Positions 8,995-23,756 of a DNA stretch of 64,000 nt are shown here, one piece after another. The DNA is from Vicinamibacteria bacterium (GTDB lineage: Bacteria > Acidobacteriota > Vicinamibacteria > Marinacidobacterales > Marinacidobacteraceae). Positions within the stretch are counted from its first letter, which is position 1. Each line of letters begins with the position of its first letter. Under the pieces are notes generated by a model, which was given only the letters and a program-made list of their open reading frames with translations, was not told the origin of the DNA and ran no database searches. The position numbers and the translations under genes were made by a program. The stretch is from positions 916,645 to 980,644 of the forward strand of contig OZ219815.1 in the NCBI GenBank assembly GCA_964291235.2, in the 5' to 3' direction.

Positions 8995-10014
8995 TCAACC
9001 GCCGCTCGCCGACAGAAAGGTTCGGAGGGCTCGCACACCCTCGCAGTTGACAAAATCGGGGCCGAACCTCGCGAGCCGTTCCGCCATGACCCGGATCGCG
9101 TCGGGGTTGTTGTCCACCAGCACGAAGTCGCGCCGGTTCCGGGCCGCTGCCTCTCCGAACGAACCGGACCCGGCGAAGAAATCGAGCAGCAGATCTCCCG
9201 GGTTCGAATGAACGCGAACGATCCGCTCCAGAACCCCGAGGGGCTTTTGGGTCGCATACCCCGTTCGTTCCTTGCCGGTGGGACTCACGATGGTGTTCCA
9301 CCAGACATCCGTCGGGGTCTTGCCGCGGGCCGCCTTCTCGGCGCCGACGAGCGTCGGCGCCAGGTAGGGAATCCGATCAATCTCGTCGTAGTGGAAGGTG
9401 TATTCGTCAGGGTCCTTCGCATACCAGAGCAGGTTGTCGTGTTTCGGTGACCAGCGCTTCCGGCTCCGGGCCCCGTAGTCGTACGACCAGATGATCTCGT
9501 TGATGAAGGAATCCCGTCCGAAGATCTGATCCAGCAGCACCTTCGCGTAGTGGACCTCGCGGAAGTCCACGTGAAGAAAGAAGCTGCCGGTCGGGGTCAG
9601 TACTCGACGCGCCTCCTCCAGCCGGGGCTTCAAAAACCCCAGGTAATCGTCGTAGCGGTCGTCGAATCCCGTGGTGCCGAGGCGGACGGTGCGATAGCGG
9701 TTGCCGCCGAATCCGGTGCGATCCCCATCCCGGTCGCGGACGGTGCGGAGTCGGGTCCGCGCTTGTCGGCGATTCGTGTTGAACGGTGGATCAATGTAGA
9801 TCAGCGAGAACGTGTCGTCGGTGAATCCCCGCAGGGTCTCGATGTTGTCGCCAAAGACGATCTGCCGGCGCGGCGCAACGGAATTCAGGACCTCCACGGC
9901 CGACTTCGCTCCACGCGCTGAGGGTATCGCGGCCCGCGGGGCTTCACCGCACCGCGCCGTCCGATGGTCCGCGCCCCAGTGCGGTTGCATTCTCACCGAG
10001 ACCGGTTGGCGCAC
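8995..10014 (-). CDS. Site-specific DNA methyltransferase, beta-class (motif IV DPPF before motif I FxGxG), probably N6-adenine; no adjacent endonuclease
   Basis: FSLIYIDPPFNT (motif IV) sits upstream of LLLDFFAGSGSFGEAA (motif I). The true start may be the internal GTG at 9897, because 10014 lies only 23 bp from the divergent rsmI start. Confidence 0.8.
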   Translation of the reverse strand: MRQPVSVRMQPHWGADHRTARCGEAPRAAIPSARGAKSAVEVLNSVAPRRQIVFGDNIETLRGFTDDTFSLIYIDPPFNTNRRQARTRLRTVRDRDGDRTGFGGNRYRTVRLGTTGFDDRYDDYLGFLKPRLEEARRVLTPTGSFFLHVDFREVHYAKVLLDQIFGRDSFINEIIWSYDYGARSRKRWSPKHDNLLWYAKDPDEYTFHYDEIDRIPYLAPTLVGAEKAARGKTPTDVWWNTIVSPTGKERTGYATQKPLGVLERIVRVHSNPGDLLLDFFAGSGSFGEAAARNRRDFVLVDNNPDAIRVMAERLARFGPDFVNCEGVRALRTFLSASGG

Positions 10015-10037
10015 CGTCCCGGGCTACCGTTCCCGGG

Positions 10038-10760
10038 ATGGACGCGGGCGCCGGAGAGGAGACCCGGGGCACGCTCTTCGTCGTCGCAACCCCGATCGGA
10101 AACCTGGAGGACCTCTCGCCGCGGGCGGTCCGGGTGCTCCGGGACGTGCCCTGGATCGCTTGCGAAGACACCCGGGTCGCCCGGCGGCTCCGCACGCATT
10201 TCGGCCTCGGCGCCCGCCTCGTCTCCTGCCATGACCACAACGAGGACCGCCAGGTCGAATTTCTCCTCGGCCGGCTCCGCGGCGGGGAGGATCTGGCCCT
10301 GATCTGCGACGCCGGGACCCCGCTGATCTCGGATCCCGGCTACCGGGTGGTTCGGGCCGCCAGGATCCAGAACCTGCCGGTCCGTAGCGTGCCGGGGCCG
10401 TCGGCGGTGGCCTCGGCGCTTGCCGTGGCCGGCCTTCCGACGGACACCTTTACGTTCTTCGGCTTTCCGCCCGGAAGGCGCGGCGCCAAGCGGCGCGCAT
10501 TTCTGGAACGGGCGGCAGAGGCGCCCGGGTCGCTCGTCTTCTTCGAGTCAGCGCGCCGCGCGGGCGGCCTGCTGGATGAGTTGGGAGAAGCCCTGGGTCC
10601 CCGCGAGGCCTCGGTCTCGCGCGAGATGACCAAGATCCATGAGGACCACTGGTTCGGCGTCCTGCCGGACCTCGCCCGGCGGGCGGCGCGCGAACCGCTC
10701 CGGGGGGAAGTGACGATCGTGGTGGCGCCGAGAGAACGCAGGAAGCGGGGACGCCCATAG
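10038..10760 (+). CDS. rsmI: 16S rRNA (cytidine1402-2'-O)-methyltransferase
   Basis: The N-terminus GTLFVVATPIGNLEDLSPRAVRVLRDVPWIACEDTR is the RsmI/tetrapyrrole-methylase signature. Confidence 0.9.
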   Translation: MDAGAGEETRGTLFVVATPIGNLEDLSPRAVRVLRDVPWIACEDTRVARRLRTHFGLGARLVSCHDHNEDRQVEFLLGRLRGGEDLALICDAGTPLISDPGYRVVRAARIQNLPVRSVPGPSAVASALAVAGLPTDTFTFFGFPPGRRGAKRRAFLERAAEAPGSLVFFESARRAGGLLDELGEALGPREASVSREMTKIHEDHWFGVLPDLARRAAREPLRGEVTIVVAPRERRKRGRP

Positions 10761-10840
10761 AATCCCGGCAAGGATGGGGATATCGACGGCGGGCTCTCGC
10801 TGCCCGCCCGCTCATCCGGCTTTCGCCCGGGCCAACCGGC

Positions 10841-11968
10841 GTGGGGCCCCCGACTATGGACTTTCTGCTCGTTTACCCCGATCCACCGGAAACAGGATGT
10901 TTCCCGTTCTTTGACGCCACCGTCGCCGAGGCCGCGGCCCGGGCCGCGGCCTCTCTGGACCCGGGCGAACTTGTGGACTGGAGCGGGAACGGAGGGAGCG
11001 TCCCTCCCCTGGGGCGGGCCGGGGCCCGGGGCGCCATCCTGCCCCCGGGGACGGTCGCGCCGCCGATGGACGCAATCCGGAATCTGGTAGCCGCTGCCGA
11101 CCGCCGGCCGCTGTGCCTCGAAAACACCGCGGGCCAGATCCTCGCCGTTGCCGGAACCGCCGAATCCCTCGCACCGGCCGTGCGCCCCAGTTTCCGGGAG
11201 ACCGTCAGGGCCCTGAATCCGGCGCCGTCCCCGGCGGGTGCGGTGGCGGGCCATACCCGGGTCGAGGACGCCGCGACTTGGTCGGCAGCGATCCGGGAGT
11301 CCCAACGGCGTACCGCCAAGCGCTTCCTCGCGAGCGGAGTGCTCGTCGAAGACCCCGAAACGCTTTGGGCGGATCCGACCTGCAGCGCCGAGGCCGGCGC
11401 CCGGATCGGGCCCTCCGTGCGCCTCACCGGCAACACCTCCGTCGCCGCCGGGGCGGAGGTGGGCAGTTTCTGCCGACTCGAAAACACGGATATCGGGCCG
11501 GGGGCCCGCGTTCTCAGCCACTCGGTCCTTCTCGACAGTTCCATCGGGCGGGACGCCAAGGTGGGCCCCTTTGCCCACATCCGCCCGAATACCCGGCTCG
11601 AACCCGAGTCGTTCGCCGGCAGCTTCGTCGAGACCAAGAACGCGGTGCTCGCGAGGCGGGCCGCACTCCCCCACCTGTCCTACGTCGGGGACGCCGACGT
11701 GGGGGTTCGTGCGAACCTCGGCGCCGGAACCATCACCTGCAACTACGACGGACGCGGCAAACACCGCACGGTGGTGGAACCGGGGGCCTTCATCGGCAGC
11801 AACGCCATCCTGGTGGCGCCGGTCACCGTCGGGCGCCGGGCATTCGTCGCCGCGGGATCGGTGATCGTCGAAGATGTCCCGGAGGGCGCACTCGCGATCG
11901 CCCGCGGCCGGCAGGCGGTAAAGCCGGGGCGGGCCGCGGGCCGTTTCGAGGGAGCCGACGAAGTCTGA
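10841..11968 (+). CDS. glmU: GlmU-like protein: intact left-handed beta-helix acetyltransferase domain, short and degenerate N-terminal nucleotidyltransferase region
   Basis: The C-terminal hexapeptide repeats LSYVGDADVGVRANLGAGTITCNYDGRGKHRTVVEPGAFIGSNAILVAPVTVG match GlmU. The N-terminal ~140 aa lack the LxxGxGTxM motif. Confidence 0.65.
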   Translation: MGPPTMDFLLVYPDPPETGCFPFFDATVAEAAARAAASLDPGELVDWSGNGGSVPPLGRAGARGAILPPGTVAPPMDAIRNLVAAADRRPLCLENTAGQILAVAGTAESLAPAVRPSFRETVRALNPAPSPAGAVAGHTRVEDAATWSAAIRESQRRTAKRFLASGVLVEDPETLWADPTCSAEAGARIGPSVRLTGNTSVAAGAEVGSFCRLENTDIGPGARVLSHSVLLDSSIGRDAKVGPFAHIRPNTRLEPESFAGSFVETKNAVLARRAALPHLSYVGDADVGVRANLGAGTITCNYDGRGKHRTVVEPGAFIGSNAILVAPVTVGRRAFVAAGSVIVEDVPEGALAIARGRQAVKPGRAAGRFEGADEV

Positions 11969-13068
11969 GCGTTTCCGCCACCGCCGAGAGCCGGGAGCTT
12001 CCGGCGCTCTGGCACGAGATCCACGAACAGCCCGCAGCAGCCGCGCGCACCCTCGAAGCACTGGAGGCGGAAGCGCCGGAGCGCCTGGCGATCCTGCGGG
12101 ACAAGTCCGTTCGCGCGCGCCGGCAGACACTGCTGGTCGGCTCCGGCACCAGTCGCCACGCCGCGGAAATCGCCGCCGGCTGGTTCAAGGAAGCCGGGCT
12201 GCCAACTTCTGTCTCCCCTGCCGGCGAGATTCACGGACCGTTGAGAGACCATGGCTGTGAAGGTGCGCTGATCGCCGTCACCCAGTCCGGGGCAACCGGC
12301 AGCGTGCTGCGGCTGCTCGACCAGGCCGGAGACGAGGGGATCTTCCGCGTCGTGGTCACGAACGAGCCGAAGAGCCCGGCAGTACGGCGGGCGGACATCT
12401 CCTACATAACCCGCGCGGGGGCCGAAACAGCAATCCCGGCCACCAAGAGCTTCACCTCGGCCCTCCTGGCGCTGCGGCTCTTCGGCAGCGAGTGGGCCAC
12501 CGCCGCCCGCACGGGCGGGGCGCCGGCCCCACCCGGGATGGTGGAGACCCGCCCTGCCGCCCGCTTCCTTGAGGAGGCCGTTGGACACGGCCCCAGAATC
12601 GAGCGCTTCGTCAGCCGGATCGCCGCAGACCGGACGTGGTTCTTCCTTGGCTGTGGGCCTCTCCTGCCCCTGGCCGCGGAAGGAGCGCTCAAGATGATGG
12701 AAACCGCGGTGGTGCCGGCGATCGCGCTCCGCACCGAGGAACTGGTCCACGGCCCCCTCGCGCTGGTGGACCCCGAGACGCCCGTGGTGCTGCTCTCGGA
12801 ACCCGGCGGGGTTTCCCGGGGAGAGGCCAAAGCCGTCGACGCGCTGGTGGGCGTGGGCGCACCGCTCCTCCGGCTCGCGACCGAAGACCCCGCCGGGGTG
12901 CCCGCCGGTCCGGGTACCGGGTGCACCATCGTTTCGGCGGGAGCCGCCTGGCTTCGTCCGTTCCAGGCCGCGCCGGTCCTGCAACTGCTTGCCTACTTCG
13001 CCGGGCGGCAACTCGGACGCGATGTGGACGCCCCCGCGGGGCTCCAGAAGGCGGTCCGTGACGACTGA
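11965..13068 (+). CDS. SIS-domain protein (GlmS isomerase-domain-like / AgaS-like; no glutaminase domain)
   Basis: C-terminal part of track ORF 11113..13068: WHEIHEQPAAAARTL, LLVGSGTSRHAA, IAVTQSGATG, TNEPKSP. There is no ATG/GTG/TTG between the glmU stop and these motifs. The only candidate start is the CTG at 11965, overlapping the glmU TGA (CTGA). Confidence 0.65.
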   Translation: MSVSATAESRELPALWHEIHEQPAAAARTLEALEAEAPERLAILRDKSVRARRQTLLVGSGTSRHAAEIAAGWFKEAGLPTSVSPAGEIHGPLRDHGCEGALIAVTQSGATGSVLRLLDQAGDEGIFRVVVTNEPKSPAVRRADISYITRAGAETAIPATKSFTSALLALRLFGSEWATAARTGGAPAPPGMVETRPAARFLEEAVGHGPRIERFVSRIAADRTWFFLGCGPLLPLAAEGALKMMETAVVPAIALRTEELVHGPLALVDPETPVVLLSEPGGVSRGEAKAVDALVGVGAPLLRLATEDPAGVPAGPGTGCTIVSAGAAWLRPFQAAPVLQLLAYFAGRQLGRDVDAPAGLQKAVRDD

Positions 13069-15209
13069 CCCATCCCCCCCCGAGAAGCATTCCGGGCACA
13101 CCGTTCTCGACGGCCTGAACCCCTCCCAACGGGAAGCGGTTTCGGCCCCCGCCGGCCCCACCCTGGTGCTCGCCGGCGCCGGTTCGGGCAAGACCCGGGT
13201 GATCACCCACCGGATCGGGTGGCGGATGCTGGTCGATGGCGCGCCCGCCGATTCCATCCTCGCGGTCACCTTCACGAACAAGGCGGCGCGGGAGATGCGC
13301 TCGCGGGTCGAGGCCCTGTGTTCCAGGGTGCACGAGACCGACAGCCGCCCCTGGGTTTCCACGTTTCACGCCTTCGGCCTGAACCTGCTGCGGCGCTTCG
13401 GCCGCGACATCGGCCTGACGGCCGGTTTCCCGGTATTCGGGGCCGACGAGAGCCGCGCCCTCGTCCGGCAGGTCGTGCGGGAACTGGCGATCGACGATGA
13501 CCGGCTTCCGCTCGGCAGGCTCGTCCAGTTGATTTCCCGACTCCGGAACGCCGAGGCCTCCGGAGCCGCGTTTCACGGACCCCGGATCGCTCGCCTCGCC
13601 GACAACGTCCGGGAGGCAACGACCGTTTACCGGCAGAAGCTCTCCGAGTTGAAGGGGGTGGACTTCGACGACCTCCTGATCCGTTCCCTGGAACTCCTCG
13701 ATGCTTCGGAGGCGGCCCGGTCCTTCGTCGCCCGGCGGGTGCGCCACCTGCTGATCGACGAATACCAGGACACCGGCCCCACCCAGCACCGGCTGGTCCT
13801 CCGACTTGCACCCCATCGCGATGTCTTCGTGGTCGGGGATGACGACCAGGCGATCTATTCGTTTCGCGGGGCCGATTTCCGCAACATCCTGCGCTTCCGG
13901 GAGGACTTCGCGGGAGCGCGGGTGGTGCGCCTCGAGGACAACTACCGCTCCACGGCGGCGATCGTGAATGCCGCCAACGCGGTGATCCGGCGCAACCGCC
14001 GGCGCGACGGCAAGACGCTTCGTCCGCTGGGGGAGCAGGGGGAGCGGGCCACCTTCCGCTCCTTCGCCAGCGAAACCACCGAGGCGCAGCAGATCGCCAT
14101 CAAAATCGCGGGTCAGGGAGAGGAGCGTGGCTCGACAGCGGTGCTCCTCCGGACGCGCGCCCAGACCCGGCCCTTCGAAGAGGCGTTCGCCGCCCACCGG
14201 ATTCCCCATGTGATTGTCGGGGGGCTCCGCTTCTATGAGCGGCGTGAGGTGCTGGACACGCTCGCCTGTGTCCGGGTCGCCGCGAACGCCGACGATGATT
14301 CCGGTTTCCGCCGGGCGGTGGCGGCGATTCCCCGCGGCGTCGGCCCGAAATCCCTCGACCGCATCGCCGAGCGCGCGACCGACGGACGGCACCTCGCTCC
14401 TGGCGGCGGCGGAGTGCACGGTGGCGGAGGACGGCCTTCCCGCCCGGGCCCTGAGCGGCCTCCGCGGCTTCGTGCAGGGGATCGCTGCCATCCGCCGCGC
14501 CATCCCGGAGGGGCCCGAGGCCGTCGTCCGCTCCGCGATGGCGGACACCGGCCTCGGCGCCTTCTTTCAGGAAAACGACCGGGAACGCTTCGACAACCTC
14601 GTCTCGCTGCGGAACGCCGCGCGGGAATTCGAACGCTCGAATGAGGGCGCGGCGGTTGACGCCTTTCTGGATCAGGTGAGTCTGCTGTCCGCGGAGGATC
14701 TGATGCCCGATAGCGGGGCGGACCCCGGCGTTCCGCCGGTCGCGGTGATGACGGTCCATGCCGCCAAGGGGCTCGAGTTCGATTCCGTTTTCCTGGCCGG
14801 TCTCTGGGAAGGGCTCTTTCCGCACGCGTTCTCGCTGGAGTCGGACCTCCAGCTGGAGGAGGAACGACGACTCTTTTACGTCGCCATGACGCGGGCCCGA
14901 AAACGCCTGCAGCTCTCGGCGGCGCCGGGCGGGGCGCCCTACCTGCGGTCGCGCGGCAGGGTCTCCCGCTTTCTCGGGGAGATTCCCCGGGAGCTGCTCG
15001 AGTCGCCGCGGACCGATGCGCGGACCATCCCCATCGCGGCGCCTCCGGCTACCGGACGGTTCCGCAAGGGAGAAACGGTGCGCCATCACAAATTCGGGGT
15101 CGGCAAGATCGAATTGGTGGACCCGGACGGCAAGCGCGTCTCCGTCCGCTTCAAGTACCACGGGCGCCGGCGACTGGTGCTCGAGTTCGCAAAGCTCGAA
15201 CGCGTGTAA
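13058..15209 (+). CDS. uvrD: ATP-dependent DNA helicase UvrD/PcrA, reading frame interrupted by a 1-nt shift near 14385..14391
   Basis: ORF 12989..14644 carries LNPSQREAV...LAGAGSGKTRVITHRI...DEYQDT. ORF 14214..15209 (the next frame) carries VMTVHAAKGLEFDSVFLAG...LFYVAMTRARKRL and a C-terminal Tudor-like FKYHGRRRLVLEFAKLE. The sensible sequence switches frame at ERATDGR/TSLLAAAE. The start is either GTG 13058 or ATG 13022. Confidence 0.85.
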
Positions 15210-15635
15210 CCCGGGTTTCTCATACTTCCGGCGCAGAGATCGATGCGGGATGGTTCTCCTCTCGGCGGGAACCCGACCAGCCTTGATGTCGGACAGGCAC
15301 GGGAACGCCGGCCTCCAGGCCGGCACAGCCCGCCGTAGGCGGGCGGCGGGACGGACCTGGCTGGCCGGGATGGCTCCCTCTCTCGGAGAGGACCCCGTGA
15401 GCGCGAGCGGCGAGGAACCGCCCGCGGCGCTACGCGCCGCTGTGCCGGCCCCCACCGGGAGAACTGGCCTGGAGGTCGGCCCAGTTCTCCCGGTGGGGGC
15501 TCCCGTGCCTACACGCTGTCCGTCCGGTCGGGGTCCGCGCCTGACGCGTTTCTCCCGACATCATCAACAGGTTGACGTGATCCGCGCGGCACCTTGGGCC
15601 ATGAGGTATGAGAAATCCCGGCTAACCCGGGTTTC
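15210..15635. repeat. Unclassified ~415-bp structured intergenic element, copy A (MITE-like element or ncRNA)
   Basis: It begins 1 nt after the uvrD stop. The terminal inverted repeats are CCCGGGTTTCTCATAC (15210..15225) and GTATGAGAAATCCCGG (15606..15621). CCCGGGTTTC recurs as a direct repeat at 15626..15635. Internally there are GC-rich hairpins and two copies of GGGATGG(T/C)TC.C.TCTCGG. The left ~160 bp are homologous to 23586..23752. Confidence 0.6.
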
Positions 15636-15652
15636 GCTCCCCGGCGGCCCGT

Positions 15653-16246
15653 CTAAGGAGCGCCGGCCAGCTCTTCGAGTTCGAATACCGCCGCGTAGGG
15701 GACCGCGGCCTCGGTGAGGAGCGCTCGGGCGCCCATCCCGCGATCCACCAGCGCCACCGCTCCCACCACCTCGAAGCCAGCGTCGCGGGCCGCGTCCACC
15801 GCCGCGAGGGTGGACTTCCCGGTGGTCGCCGTGTCCTCCAGGATCACCGCCGCGCCGCCGGGGTCGTCGATCCCCTCGATGCGCTTGCCGCGGCCGTGAC
15901 CCTTCGCCTCCTTGCGGACGAAGAATCCCGCCAAATCCCGGCCGGCGGCTTCCGCCGCCATCACCACGGCGGTGGTCAGGGGAATCGCCCCGGCGGCCAT
16001 CCCGCCTACGGCCACTGCCCGGAACCCGCGACCGTCCATTGCCTCCAGGAGCACCCGGCCCACCAGCCCGGCGGCATCCGAACGCATCACGGTGAGCCGG
16101 GCGTCGATATAGACGTTCGAGCGGGCGCCGCTCGCCAGGGTGAACTCGCCGAACTTGACGGACTCCCGGCGCAGAATGGAGAGCAGGGCGGAACGGGGGT
16201 CGCCGGTCACGGCGAAGCGGCGGCTTCGATGGCGGCGATGATCCAC
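15653..16246 (-). CDS. pyrE: Orotate phosphoribosyltransferase
   Basis: FGEFTLASGARSNVYIDARL plus the PRPP loop VILEDTATTGKS. The start may instead be the GTG at 16210, which overlaps the upstream TGA (GTGA). Confidence 0.85.
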   Translation of the reverse strand: MDHRRHRSRRFAVTGDPRSALLSILRRESVKFGEFTLASGARSNVYIDARLTVMRSDAAGLVGRVLLEAMDGRGFRAVAVGGMAAGAIPLTTAVVMAAEAAGRDLAGFFVRKEAKGHGRGKRIEGIDDPGGAAVILEDTATTGKSTLAAVDAARDAGFEVVGAVALVDRGMGARALLTEAAVPYAAVFELEELAGAP

Positions 16247-16922
16247 CGCGAAGGCACTTCGACACCGTGCTGGTTCAGCAGGTTGTAGCGGATGAGGCTG
16301 AAGCGGTACTCGCGCGTTTCGCCTTCCTCCACAGTCCGCACCAGGACATCCTTCTCGGTGATGTTCCCGGAGAGGTAATCCACCGGCGCCTCCCGGAGCA
16401 GGCTTCGCTGGGCTCGCCGGCGTTCCTCATCGAGCGCCATCTGCACTTCGCTCAGCGACGAAACCAGTTGGCGGCGCTCGGCGCTGTGAGCGTCCCAGGC
16501 TGCCGCGATTTCACCCAGACGGCCTCCGATCGCGGCGTCCGGGTTTTGTTCGCGCCGATCCATGATCTGCGCGAGGGCATCCTGATTCGCCTGCCGAAAG
16601 TCGTAGAAGTTCTTGAACTGTTCGTCGCGCGCGGCCTCGCTGGCGCGCTCTTCCTCGCCTAGCTCGGGAACCCGATAGGGGCCCTCCGTGCCCGGGCCGA
16701 TCTCCACGACCTCCCAGGACTCGACGGGACCTCCCGGGAACCGGGCCATCGAAAGGCCCCCGGCGCTCACCCGGTCCTCCTGACCCACCGCGCGGAAGAA
16801 CTGCCCGATCAGGGTCTCCTCAGGGGCCGCCGAACAACCGGCGAGCGCGGTGGCGCCCGCCGTCGCGAGCGCGAGCAGCAGGACCCGGACAACCGGACGC
16901 CCGCGGACGCCTGGCGCTCCGG

Positions 16923-16926
<4 letters not shown>
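16207..16926 (-). CDS. Hypothetical lipoprotein
   Basis: 239-aa ORF with a lipobox (LLLALATAGATALAGCS). It is coupled to the gyrA stop (ATGA at 16923..16926). No family recognised. Confidence 0.5.
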
Positions 16927-23215
<6,289 letters not shown>

Positions 23216-23756
23216 GGAGTGCTCTTTTCTGAATTACCAAGGGGCGGCGCGAGCCTTTGAAAATCTCTCGCGGATACCTACGGGGTCAGACACGCCCCGA
23301 TAGAAAACTCTGGGGGATGCGCGGATCAGGCGAATCAATCGAAGGGGAGCCGTGAGAAGGGAATTATAGTGAGAAATAGGGGATGTTGAAAGTGTGGAAA
23401 GAACGTATAAGTCACTGAAAACAGGAATGTTTCAGGTCGATCGCATTGCTGGAGGAATGCCCGTGGAGCCTTGGTTGCCTGGGGGTAGTCGGAGAAAGGG
23501 CCGCCGAGAGTCCCGACCGCACCCTGTTTTCCTCCGGAATCCCCTGGAATTCCCGGTGTTTTCCCCATGTTTTCCCGGTTGTTTTCCCCGGGATTTCTCA
23601 TCTTGCCGCCCCCAGGGGTCGATGGAGGATGGTTCCCTTCTCGGTGGAAATCCCGCCAGCCTTGATGGCGCACCCGCACCGGCACCCTCACCGGGAGAAC
23701 GGGGCTGGCCTCCGGGCCGGAACAGCCCGCGACAGGCGGGCGGCGAGTCGACGGGA
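23216..23756. other. Probable chromosomal replication origin (oriC) in the dnaA-dnaN intergenic region
   Basis: 541-bp non-coding gap in the classical rpmH/dnaA/dnaN context. A conspicuous AT-rich island lies at about 23340..23440 in otherwise G+C-rich DNA. There is a DnaA-box-like TGTGGAAAG (23393..23401), which is CTTTCCACA on the other strand and matches TTATCCACA at 7 of 9 positions. There are four direct TGTTTTCC repeats at 23525, 23557, 23568 and 23580. Confidence 0.55.
23586..23752. repeat. Partial copy (B) of the 15210..15635 structured element, abutting the dnaA stop codon
   Basis: CCGGGATTTCTCAT (23587..23600) is the exact reverse complement of the right terminus of copy A. The following blocks align with 15240..15370: TCGATG..GGATGGTTC.C.TCTCGG.GG.AA.CCCG.CAGCCTTGATG and GGCCTCC.GGCCGG.ACAGCCCGC....AGGCGGGCGGCG. 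Confidence 0.6.

Noticed and set aside
15210-15635. RNase P RNA, tmRNA, SRP/6S RNA or a riboswitch as the identity of the structured element
   Set aside because: A closing helix and an AGAAATCCCGGCT stretch initially recalled the RNase P P4 region. However, there is no GGAAAGTCCGG-type 5' P4 strand on either strand, and no tRNA-like 3' end or resume codon for tmRNA. The element lies between convergent genes, so a 5'-UTR riboswitch is implausible. A second partial copy also argues for a repeat family.
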